The translations under genes and the position numbers were made by a program. Positions 53,201 through 63,835 of a stretch of 64,000 nt of DNA are shown here, piece by piece. The notes beneath the pieces were generated by a model that saw only the letters and a program-made list of their open reading frames with translations, did not search any database and was not told where the DNA came from. The stretch comes from Balanoglossus misakiensis. Taxonomy: Eukaryota > Animalia > Hemichordata. The stretch covers positions 1,002,925 through 1,066,924 of the forward strand of contig CM082583.2 in the NCBI GenBank assembly GCA_040954595.2, read 5' to 3'. Every line of letters begins with the position of its first letter. Within the stretch, counting starts at the first letter, position 1.

Positions 53201-53602
53201 TTACACTCACTCGCATGAATGAATGCTGGCATCTGTGGTGGGCGGCGTGGAACTTTACTTGGTGGCGTGCCGGGAAGGAAGGTGCTCTCCTCAGCTCAAC
53301 TGCCACCAATAAACTGGCCCACAGCAGATGAGTTCATTTCAACAGGTGCCAAGCTCTTTGGCTAGAATAGTTAAAATATATTGATGCCGCAATGAATGAA
53401 TGAAAACAGTATGAATGACCAGTCAATGGAGCTCTCCAATGGCACGTAAGATCTGTCTTGAAATTGCAGAAAGTACTCTAATTTGAAACAGGGTTAAAGA
53501 CCATACAACACACCCAGCAGTGAGGGCGCTTTAGTGCATGTACACAATTAATAATTGATGCAGGACGGCTTGCCAATTAAATGTCTATTTTACAGAAAAT
53601 AT
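47288..53602. repeat. Composite tandem array of module A (179 bp, 11 copies, last partial) and module B (273-274 bp, 16 copies)
   Basis: A (atctgtcttgaaattgcag...ccattacag) starts at 47288, 48013, 48739, 49191, 49643, 50369, 50821, 51547, 52273, 52999, 53451. B is at(t)ctagaataggc...ggcacgtaag. Order ABB ABB AB AB ABB AB ABB ABB ABB AB A. Copies are nearly identical. Confidence 0.96.
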
Positions 53603-53919
53603 TTGTACATGAAAAACCAAATTCAGTTTGTTTTCCTTCTGAAAATACAGCAGTCAAATGGATAAATAATACCTTTTCAATTCTTTCTTAAAGCATGACT
53701 TTGATGAGACAGATTTGATATGTTGCATATTTGAGCACCATAATATTTCACTGTATGTTGACCCACATTTGTGGCGTATTTTGGAACCAGAAGATTCCCT
53801 TTTTCTTTTGACCTTGTTGGATAAATGTGTTCAATATTAACTGTGGAATTGTTAGTGGGAAGTTTTCATGAATACAATCGTAAACAAATAGTGCTACTTG
53901 ATACTCATGTTGCCTATAT

Positions 53920-54255
53920 ATATTGATGCAATGAATGAATGAACACAATACGCATTTTGTTTCAGCTGTTAAGGGGTGTAGTTTGGTTGACCAGGCAATG
54001 AACTCCAAATGCCTCTAAGAATTCTAAAATAGGCATTATGAATTATTCAGCAAATACAAGGTCAGTCCTGATACTCACTCACATGAATGCTTGCATCTGT
54101 GTTGACAGGTAGACCCCAACATTGCGTGTTGGCTTGCACGGAATAAACGTTGTCTCCTCTGAACAGTTGCCACAGGTAAAATGGGCCAACAGCAGATGAG
54201 TTGATTTTAGCAGGTGGCACTCCCCTTTTGAATGATGGCATCTGTGTTGACAACG
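53920..54255. repeat. Diverged relative of module B
   Basis: Motifs tattgatgcaatgaatgaatgaa, ttctaaaataggca, actcactcacatgaatgc, gcatctgtg and ggccaacagcagatgagttgattttagcaggtg align with B in the same order. Confidence 0.75.
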
Positions 54256-55231
54256 CGGATCCACTTCTCTGTCATGTGTCACCTCCAGCATCATGTTGCA
54301 GACAAGTTGTGTTCTGTTTTTCTGGGTGAAGAAATTAAATTCACATCATTGGTAAATCTAAAACGGACTGGTTACTCCACTGACATTCAGCCTAAGTCTG
54401 TGTGATACGCAACTCAGACCAACTCAGCTCGGCTCAAATGGCGCGTTGAATTAATCATTCGTTTGCCAGACGGCCTTATTTGACCTTGTTTACATGGCCT
54501 GTGAGGGCGTACTTTACGCGTTAATTTCTGGCAAGGCCTTCCAACCCTCAGTGGTGATCTCTTCACTGCTAACACGTTCCGAACTAATTTCGGAATTCCA
54601 CATTCCGAAAAAATTATCCGTACTATTTGCATATACTTAATAGAATGAGTGTGCAATACTTAGAGGTTTACAAATGTGACATTAGATTTACATTTGTCAT
54701 CCTTTATTTTGCGCCAGACCTTCCCAAAAATGTGTGATCAGTGTAAAATTCAGCTGAACTTTCCAGATTTTTTACTGAACATGAAGCCTAAAGCGGCTTT
54801 TTTTTTGGGGGGGGGGGGATGAGAATGACCTTAAAAAGTAAACAATGATAAAAACATGTCCAATAAATAGTAACACTTATATCTGATGAAAAATTTCTCA
54901 AATTTAAAAGGAATTCCGAAAATTGTCCGGAAATTCCGAAATTTAGCTGTATTATGCTAGCTGTTTTAAAAGAACAGTGTCTTCTAAAATAAATCTAGAT
55001 TGTTCCTTATGTATAAAATCTCAACGAGACAAAACTCATTCAAAAGGGTTGTCTATAGGCTACTTGCAAATTGGACATTTCGTTAATACAGTCAGAAACA
55101 GTGTTAATTTAAAAATGTTTGGGCCGGCTGCATTGTCAATAACACCGAGATTACCCACGCGCCGCAAATTATTGATGAAAGCGTTTCAACTGCAGGGTCA
55201 CACAATACATATCAAATGAGAAGAGGATTAC

Positions 55232-55597
55232 TCACCTTAGGCACCTGGGATCGTGGTGACACTCCCCTTTTGGGGATTTAAAGCACGTCTTTCGTGAAAT
55301 GTTTAGGAGTCGCGTTTCCTGGACAATGTGCTCTGGGCGGATGCATAGCTTTTCGTTGCAAAGATGAGAACACTCTAACCGCCTGCCCACCAATTGCACT
55401 CCGTTAATTAGGAGTGCAATGTGATGGACATAGGCGGTTAGAGTGTTCTCATCTGTGAACGTAATAGAGCCATAGCCGTTTCGACAAGCTGCACCCGTCC
55501 AGAGCACACAGTCACCGGAAACGCGACTCCTTCTGGCGAGGATGCCTCTCAAACGCTCCTTGGCATTATCTGATATGCAGTTGAGCTTGGCCGCCAT
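55232..55597 (-). CDS. His-Cys-box / His-Me finger endonuclease (I-PpoI-like zinc-binding loop), ~121 aa
   Basis: From ATG 55597 (MAAKLNC...). Contains CVLWTGAACRNGYG and SHLCNEKLCIRPEHIVQETRLLNISRKTC...ECHHDPRC, matching the SHLC..C..P.H...E....N..R..C...C.H.P.C pattern. The stop overlaps a strong donor AG|GTGAGT at 55235, so the C-terminus may be spliced. Confidence 0.85.
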   Translation of the reverse strand: MAAKLNCISDNAKERLRGILARRSRVSGDCVLWTGAACRNGYGSITFTDENTLTAYVHHIALLINGVQLVGRRLECSHLCNEKLCIRPEHIVQETRLLNISRKTCFKSPKGECHHDPRCLR

Positions 55598-56501
55598 AAT
55601 GTAGTATAGAGCAAGTTGACTTCTGCCAAGCAAGATCAAATGACAGTGTTTACGCAAGATGCTGTAAATCAGCGAAAAGGCGCGGCGAAGGATGTGGGAG
55701 AGCGTCACATCATTGGCTATGTACTTATAGTCAAATTTGGGCTGACAAGATTCTGCCCACCAGGAGCTCGCGGCAAACGTCTAAAGCCTCTTTTAATGTG
55801 ATCAATTTACACCCGTGGCATAATTAATAGGTTTGTGTTTTCAGAAGTGTCTCTGCGTCAAAATGCCAAGCAAATAACATGTAAATTCATCATCGTTGGA
55901 AAACGAATATAACAGTCGCTCTAGGGAAATCAACCCTGCACAGTCACCGGCACCCATCACACATACACAAAATAACTTGGAACGGACAAATAAATGTACA
56001 TTTTGGCAGTCGCGCCGTAAGATTTTTTTTATGGTATGACTATCACCTATCAAAATACATTTCAGTCGACGTAAATAGGAAAAGAAAATGATTAATTAAA
56101 TTAACACCACTGACTGAGATCACCTCGCACCAAAACCCAGAAAAAAACCCACAGTTTCTCAGTGGTTAAAAAAATCTGGGAAAGCGTTAGGCAATCTCAG
56201 TTTTAAATTACAATTGAATCAAACTGAAGAAAACATTGGTGTACTATGGTGTCACCCACGCTGATCCAGTCTCTAGTTCAACTTCTCTATGACGTTGTAA
56301 ACTGTAAACAAATAAATGAAAAAAATGGGTTAATTAAGTAAAATGCTTTGTATGATTTCAACATTTGTCGCGAATAGTCCACCCACCCGGATCAAGGTGA
56401 TTTGCACGGGAATTTTGTTCCTGATACAAACATTTTCACGTCCCCCCCCCCCCCCGCCGCGCCGCCGTTACGACACCCCGAAGCGTTGATGTGTTAATGC
56501 C

Positions 56502-57827
56502 TTAATTTTCAGGAAAAGTTTGAGAACCACTGAAGAAATCCTCTTCACCCCCGTCACCGTAATCATACAAAAGCTCTACTCCCTGACAAAGATTCCTGGT
56601 TGCAAAGAAAACCAGGCGCTCTCCGATCCGAACCGGTACCAAGTTGGCGTTCTGCTGACTGTGATTTATTAGGCCTGCTAAATTTTCTTCACCGGCTGGG
56701 ACATCGTATCCGTCAATGCTGCGTTAATGAGGAAAATATAGACAATATTACGTTTTCTATTTCGACAGATGCTTTGCAATATATGACCATATATTCGACT
56801 AAGTGATACACTCACACAACGTGTCTCTTTCCAATGTAGAGATGGAACATGCGTGGTCGTTTCCCCTCTGCCCTGTAAAGCTCATCACGCCGACTAGCTT
56901 CTTCAACGCTAATAACCGTGCCCCGGTATTCGCAGACGACGTCCCAGGCTTGAATATCCCTCGTCGAAAACGCGCACCGTCCTGCGTCCCGGCGATCGCG
57001 AACAGTTCTCACCTAAATATATCATATACATTCTTCATTAGTGTTGCAAACTTCCTGGTACAGTGTGTACCGTTTTACAAGCCCTTGCAATCCTACCAGT
57101 TTGCTATTAACTGTTGTTTTTCATTTTTGTATTCTTCATTGACAATTTTATAAATCCTGCCAAAAATTAATGGCATTTGTGGACAGAAGCAGACCACGTT
57201 TGCACTTGGACACCCATTGACACACTCATTGCAACGTTCTATTGTCCTAGTCCAAACAAAACACCATTCTTACCTCGATCGGAACGGTCACGCTGGCGTC
57301 ATCAAGAAATGCCCTTGCCCTGGTCTGAAGTACACTGTGCTCAGGTTTCCCCGTTGAGATTCTTCGCGAACCAGCTTTCAGACGAACACCTCTATAAATA
57401 TTAACCCCGGCCGACTTTGATTTGGTAACGCTCTTCTCTTGAAGCATCCGCGCTCCAAATTGCTATAGTGTCAACGAAGAGATATGTGAAAAACTTCCTT
57501 TTCGTTAAGTTACAGGTTTAAAAGAGACAGAAAACGAGTCCCTTGGGGGAGGGAGGGGGGGGGAAAGAAAAATGCGATCATTCTCACCTTGAAAAATCGA
57601 GCTTTAGTAACCATAATCATTACTTGATTGTCCGCCGACGAATAGTTTTCAACCCAACATTTGTAGCTCTCAAATACAGTACTGGACTGGACTTCATCCT
57701 CTGAACGACCTGAAAATACCAATTGCTCACCGATCCACTTTTGAAGAAAGGGACACTGAACTGAGCGGTGCCGTTCGTTGATTACAGACCGCACATTGCC
57801 TTGTCTCTTCCTGCGCCAGCTAGCCAT
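56502..57827 (-). CDS. Winged-helix (D5/primase C-terminal, RFX-like) + SETD8/PR-Set7-like SET-domain lysine methyltransferase fusion, 280 aa, 4 exons
   Basis: Exons 57827-57588, 57462-57274, 57012-56816, 56718-56502; GT-AG with consistent phases, 843 nt, no internal stop. N-terminal FLQKWIGEQLVF...VQSSTVFESYKCW...TKARFFKQFG...GVNIYRGVRLK. SET motifs AGRCAFSTRDI..DVVCEYRG, VIDG, GLINHS, FFATRNL..GVELLYDYG. Confidence 0.87.
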
Positions 57828-57919
57828 GTTCAGTATATACAGAATGGTTGACTCGAGGTAGAAGAATTATCAGTCACTCTCTCGTCGATGACGCATTCCG
57901 AACAATAGCCCAGGGTCGC

Positions 57920-57929
57920 TTTTATATAC
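57920..57929 (-). promoter_or_regulatory. Putative TATA box of the wHTH-SET gene
   Basis: Minus strand reads gtatataaaa about 95 bp upstream of ATG 57827. Confidence 0.5.
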
Positions 57930-58686
57930 GCCGTTTCCGTGAAATGTCACATTTGCATAATTTCGTATTAAGGATGTACGTTCGGAAAAAATGAATGTAT
58001 TGTCATTTTTTTTAAATATAATTTTTTGGATGCTAACATACAAGGGTAATCCAAAAATGAAAAAAAATATAGGGTCACCGTGCTTGTTTTTCAATAAAAT
58101 GGCAATAAAAAAATACGCTTTTTCCCAAAATTCACTAAAATTCATCATGATAAGATATAATTTTGTAAGTCGTATAATACACAATTTTTGTACATTTCTA
58201 TTATAACGAAGTTTTAAAATAAAACCCAAAATGTAAACAAACAGTTTAGTCAAGAACATAAATGATAGTGATAATTTCAATATTTATTTTTTTACCATTT
58301 TTTCCAAAATATGTGCCTTAAATTTAAGGAATTCAAAATGATTGTTTGTAAATATAAAACCTTTCTACTATTGTCAATTTCACCAATATTTGATATATGT
58401 TAGCCCATGCCTTATATTTTCTAAAAATGTACTTTTTTTAATATGTCACCGTGCTCGTTTTTCCACAAATTTGGAAAATACGACCTTTCTGGGGCCTCTG
58501 GCACCATTTTTGTATTCTCTATAGGTTAACGTTGGGGGCGCCCTTTGTGGCAAAGCTGGAAAATTATCAAATCAAAGTAATGTTAAGAGAAATATGATTC
58601 CATCCCATATTCAATTGTTCACAGATACATGTAAGGTAATATCTTCTCAGTTGTATTTGATTACATTTAATTGTAAGGCATAATAT

Positions 58687-58890
58687 CAGGACTGGTAAGT
58701 TTTTGGCAGGACTGGCAACTTTTTGAAGTTGCCAGTCCTGGTGACTGGTTGATGTTTACTACGAATTTCGAACACTGCTACACACCAAATATCAATGTGG
58801 TATGCGCAGCAGTTTTCAAGTTTTTGATGTGATCGGAAATACAGACAGACATACATCCATACATACAGACATCCAATCCAGTAAGGTCCC
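58687..58890 (-). mobile_element. Small MITE-like fragments inside the Kolobok 3' region (hairpin, hAT-like end, (CATA/CAGA)n)
   Basis: Perfect 15-bp stem caggactggcaactt-tttg-aagttgccagtcctg (58707-58740), cagtgttcgaaat on the minus strand (~58765-58777), tetranucleotide microsatellite ~58840-58872. Confidence 0.4.
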
Positions 58891-59431
58891 ATGGTATATA
58901 TGTATATACCAAACGGGCCCTAACAAAACCAAACTGGCTGCATGCAAGTAAGACAGGGATAGTACAACAATACGAACAAAATATTTTTATTTCAATAGGC
59001 CAGTGACCTATCAATTAATCTTTATTGGGGATGTAAACATGTAAATTGTGCACCTTTTTATGCATGTGTCTCTTCCATAGAATTACATATTGAGAATTGC
59101 TAGAAAACCCGCTAGGCTTCTACTATTGTCATTTTCCTGAAATTATACACATAACATTCAACTGTGGATTTATTTGGAGCTTGACTCACAGCTGCCAGTG
59201 TCTACAAACGTTCACATCTACACAAGTCAGAAAGGGAATGCTAAAGGAGAGAACAAAATGTATCATAGGCCAGAGAAGTTACAAACAGCAGACATATGTG
59301 ATAAGATTCAGCCAATCAAAGCTCCTGCCTACTTTTACATAGACTAACACAATGGTAATTTTGCAATATATTTTCCATGATTATATTTCACGTAAGTTAA
59401 AACAACGACAAAAACAAAGCCCATTTCCCAC

Positions 59432-62400
59432 CTATCGACAACTTTCTAAAAAGTCATTTACATTCTTGATTATTGAACTGCTCTTTGTAACACGTGCTTT
59501 CCCAGATATTTGTTTTTCTGAAAATAAATAAAATATACCAACATTTTTGTCACGCTTGTGCACAAGTTTTAAATGATTAAATTGAAGGCCAGAGCCGGCA
59601 ATCTTTTTAAGCATACCGTCACTGACAATGCCTTTCAAAATATGTAAAGTAGACAGGTTTGTTTTTTTCATTTGTAAATAATTTAACGATTCAATAACAA
59701 ATGCTACAGTGAATGTATGTTTAAAAAGTTCAGTTTCTGATGGCCCAACTCTACTCATAAGACACTGTAGAGCCTTGACATCTGCCAAGGCATCATGCGC
59801 AGCATAGGAACCCCCCACAATACCCTCATACAGTGTCTGCTGTTTGTAACTTCTCTGGCCAGGAAGTACCATTTTGAGAAGAGGTAGAGAGTCAAGAAAA
59901 CCAGAAATAGATTTATCTATTTCAGTTTTCATACCACAAGAACTGGCAGCTGTGAGTAAAACTCTACTATCGAAATTCTTAACGTTGTGCCCAATGAGAA
60001 CTGCATTATCTATGCTCTGAAGGTATTCCACAAACATCAGCAGAGCTTCTCTAATAGGGAATGAGGTGACTTCTATGCCATTGTGACTCATTTTATTACC
60101 GTTCATGAAGATGCCAGTTACAGCCGAAGCTTCTTTAGTGATAGGTCTTTTAGGTGTAACGTATACATTGAACGACCTCTCTTGGCAAACTGCAGCTATC
60201 TGCGTTATGTGTGCTGATGTTCCTGTAATAATAACATACAGTATATCTATGGTCAGATAAACAAAAACGTTTAGAAATATTAGTGGTTATTTGGACGAGT
60301 TGCGAAGAATGCATCGCCTCATCGACCAAACTTCAAGTAATAATACCTTTATCATACATGCATCCCTAAAAAGCTGTATGATTTGCGAAAATGCGCCCAG
60401 ATAAACGATTTCACGGCACCTTGGAATTGTGGCGGTAGTATCACGGTAGTATCACACATACTGACAATGGTGTTTAGTACAGATATTAAAGTAAATTGCC
60501 ATATTACCAAAACCAGTGGTTTCAAGGTCAAAGTAGACTAACTGCTTTGTCTCTACATGAAACGGCTCTGCCTTTGGTGCTTGTACTGCTGCTGGTACCT
60601 CATTTATGTCAGCTCCATCTACAAATATAAACAAATAGAAAGTATTCAAAGGTAAGTCTTTTAAAAGTCCCCTGTCACCTTCAGTAGTAATTAGGTTATC
60701 TGTAATGTGTACATTCAACTTACACCTGGGAGACATAAGCATTTGTATTTATTCGAGTTAGAGAGGATAGAGAGCTATCATGCCTTCATAAGGAATTATT
60801 CAAGAAGCTTATCTTCACATTTTACCTGAACTCATGCAAATACTTGTGGAATAGGTTGGCCCTTCTCGTAACTCCTGGGCTGACTGCAAGGTCTGGCGGG
60901 CAGCTTTTAATTCCAATCGTCTCTTCTTGTATTTCTTTGTTATAATAACACTTTGCCTTCGCTTCAGCACCCTGTCTCGCTTTTCCCCCAGGGAGAGTGT
61001 GTGTTTGCCTGGAGACAGCCCAACAACATCATTAACCTGAAAATACATAAGTAATACATACTGGTACTATCTGTCAAATTGTAATATTTTATCTCTGCAT
61101 TTACTTACATAGATACATGTACCATAAATAACAAAATATAACATGATTTATAATTTGAATTCTAATAGACATTGTAAGAAAATGAGAATGCCTGAAATAC
61201 AGCTGAAATTCAAGCTATTCACACACTTACCTTTGTAACATATGTGTTGCCAATATTTTTCTGTGCAACTGCTGAACTGACACGGTAGTTGAGGCTTTCA
61301 GATCCGCTGTAGAAATGACTCTTCGGTGCTTTCGATGCAACTGATTTGTTCAGGCTCTCATTACTCTGAGTGCTGTCTAGATGAGAAAGTTTCTCGGCAT
61401 ATGGGAGAAACTTTTCAAATATGTTCATCAACTCATTCTGAAGAGCCGGATCAGTCAGAGGACGTCCATATGGAAGAGACTTGTACCTGAAGTTTACAGG
61501 ATTCTTCAAATAATTACACCATTTGTCAGAACAGAACGAGTGGTCTCCAAAAGGATGCCGTGACAGAGCATTCAGTCCCTGTTTGAGTTTGTCACTGTTT
61601 CCTTTGTTTTGCTGGCACATGTAATTGAAACTTCTCTGAAGATACTTTATAACTTTTACAGATAGCCGTTTGTGTTTCTTCTGTGCAGCATACAGATCAT
61701 TAGCCAGGATCTTCTTTATATGATTGCTGTCTGATTTTTTCTGGATGGCTGGATCGACCTCTCTGTGGAGCCTAGAGATAGTTGAGGTGTCCTCATCACC
61801 AACAATTGTTGTCACTTTGCTACCACTTTTATTGCACTGCTTCACCATAGCAACAACCATATCAGACTCCATTGCTTTCGCAGATCCACCCCAATTCCTC
61901 CTGCAGTCATGAGGCTTGGCTTTCTTCTTTCTTGTGGTTGCTGACTCACAAGTTCTGCATCTTTTTGATCTTACTGCATATCTAATCACCTTGCCAGTTT
62001 TTCTTCCAATCATAGTACAGTGACCTACATAAAATAATTTTTTACACAAATTCACTACAAAATACACAATATACACTAAGCCTACTTTCAGGCAGATTTC
62101 ATGTTTGATTTCATTTATAATTACAATAGATAAGTAAACAAAAAATGGTTACCTGAAAGACTATTATATCCTCGACCACTCCCTCTGGTTTGCCACGCAC
62201 CATCAACACTCGCAGAAAGACCACACTCGCCATCTGACCTGTCCATGGGACACAAAAGAATGGGCAAATAATTCAGTGATCATATAGAAGTGCACGACAA
62301 GTGTATTTGCTCTCTTTACTCAAGTCTAAAGAACTGTTAGTGTTGGGTAAATCACTTCTTGGCCATGTACAAAAAAGATAAAACCATAGAAATAAACAAC

Positions 62401-63835
62401 TATGGACCAACCCATTTAGAGTGGCTTCCTTCTCGTCAGCGATGGCATCTTCCGTCGAGTCATTTGCAACCTTCTCTATTGCCACGCCCACTTCTCGCTC
62501 TCTCCTCTTCAAGGTGCTATGATGAATTGCTGGAATATTCAAGGAAGTCAGGAGACTGTTGAGCTGTCGACATCCAATCCCAGCGTGTATTATACCTGAA
62601 ATAATAGGATCAAACAATGAACTGCATATCATCGATTATCAATAGCAAAAACAAGAGAAACATCCCGAATAACTGTCCTATCCAATCTTGCTTTGCGTTG
62701 CAGGACTTGGGTCCTGCTGCTACGACTGTGTTTGAAGGCGTAGCCACAAGAAAAGCGGCACATGCAGCACTTTCACGCCCAGTTATCTGCGCTATGGGCC
62801 ATCTTGACATCAAATGCAGATGTAAACAAACATGGCGGCAGTCGATGACGCTCGTGACCTCAACCACGACAATAAAAACATTCGTTTCAGTTTTCTTCTT
62901 CGTTTTAGAGTAACACTCGTCAGTCATTTCTATAAAAAATTCTAAGATATAAAACGAACTATCCTAAATAAGAAACCGTACGGATATATCAAACACGGGG
63001 TATACACGCATCAGGTGACAACGGGTCGAGGTCATAGTGCAGTCATTGACTGAACGTAAACAAAACAAAGTTTTATCGTACGAGTGGCTAGGCATAGACA
63101 GTGTATACGAAAAGAGCATTACAATTAAAAACAGAAATAATAATCGCCAGACTGGATGGTGCCATAGAAAATGAAAATCTGCTCTCCTTGTGAGTTTTTT
63201 TGTCGTGACTTCTCCACGCGCGGCGATCGCGAGGACGTACGTGTTTAACAATAACATCAGACTGACAAGCGTACAACCAAAATAAAAGTGTACGTTGAAA
63301 ACTACCACTCTATCTAGCTAATAAACTGAAAAGTGTACAAACCTGAAGCCAATTTAGTATTCACGTCCCAGATCTTCCCATGTCTCTTGTCTGTCGATAT
63401 CAAATTTACTTTTTCGCACGCTTTGTTTTCGCATAATACGTGTAGCCAGCTGCCAAGACCGTGTACCGTTTCGTTGATACACGACGACAATCGCAGAGGA
63501 AGGCCACATTCATTGCATGCGTTCAAATTTTCGGCAAGAACGCCCAAGTCGACGACTCGTCGACCACTTTTCCAGTCTTGTGACACCAAAACATCTTCAT
63601 CGGTATCAACATCGCTGCTGTCACCGACGACTTCCTCGCGTACAACAAAACCAACGTCACATTTAAATCCTCCTCGTTTTGCAAGATAGGAGTGGTCGTG
63701 ATGAAAATTGTCGATCTCTTTTTTAAATTTCTTTGTCTTCCACGCAGTTCGCACGGAGCGCTGAACATGTTGACGGCGAATTTTTTCTTTCCCAGAAACA
63801 AATTTCCCACCTTTGCGAACTGCAGCAGACGACAT
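59432..63835 (-). CDS. Kolobok (Mutator-like fold) DDE transposase fused to a C-terminal DEDDh 3'-5' exonuclease, 889 aa, 7 exons
   Basis: Exons 63835-63343, 62595-62412, 62238-62153, 62024-61231, 61036-60826, 60618-60508, 60222-59432; phases consistent, 2670 nt. Transposase motifs GRRVVDL, CxxC, SVDGAWQTRG (D), HDCRRNWGGSAKAME, VGDEDTS (D), STQSNESLN (E). Exonuclease motifs FDLETTG, GHNVKNFD, AHDALADV. Confidence 0.92.

Noticed and set aside
55598-55708. N-terminal extension of the nuclease ORF in the track (158 aa)
   Set aside because: ATG 55597 (ataATGGCGGCC-type context on the minus strand, MAAK) is the more plausible start and the extension has no domain features; not fully excluded.
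55232-57827. Nuclease and SET genes as cargo of the Kolobok (KolobokP-like arrangement)
   Set aside because: Both lie outside the TTAA/TIR boundary at 57972, and no long terminal direct repeats are visible.
57870-59342. AT-rich ORFs in the Kolobok 3' region, plus ORFs antisense to or intronic in the transposase (61381-63689)
   Set aside because: Low-complexity or shadow frames with no motifs; no THAP or second-protein signature was recognised.
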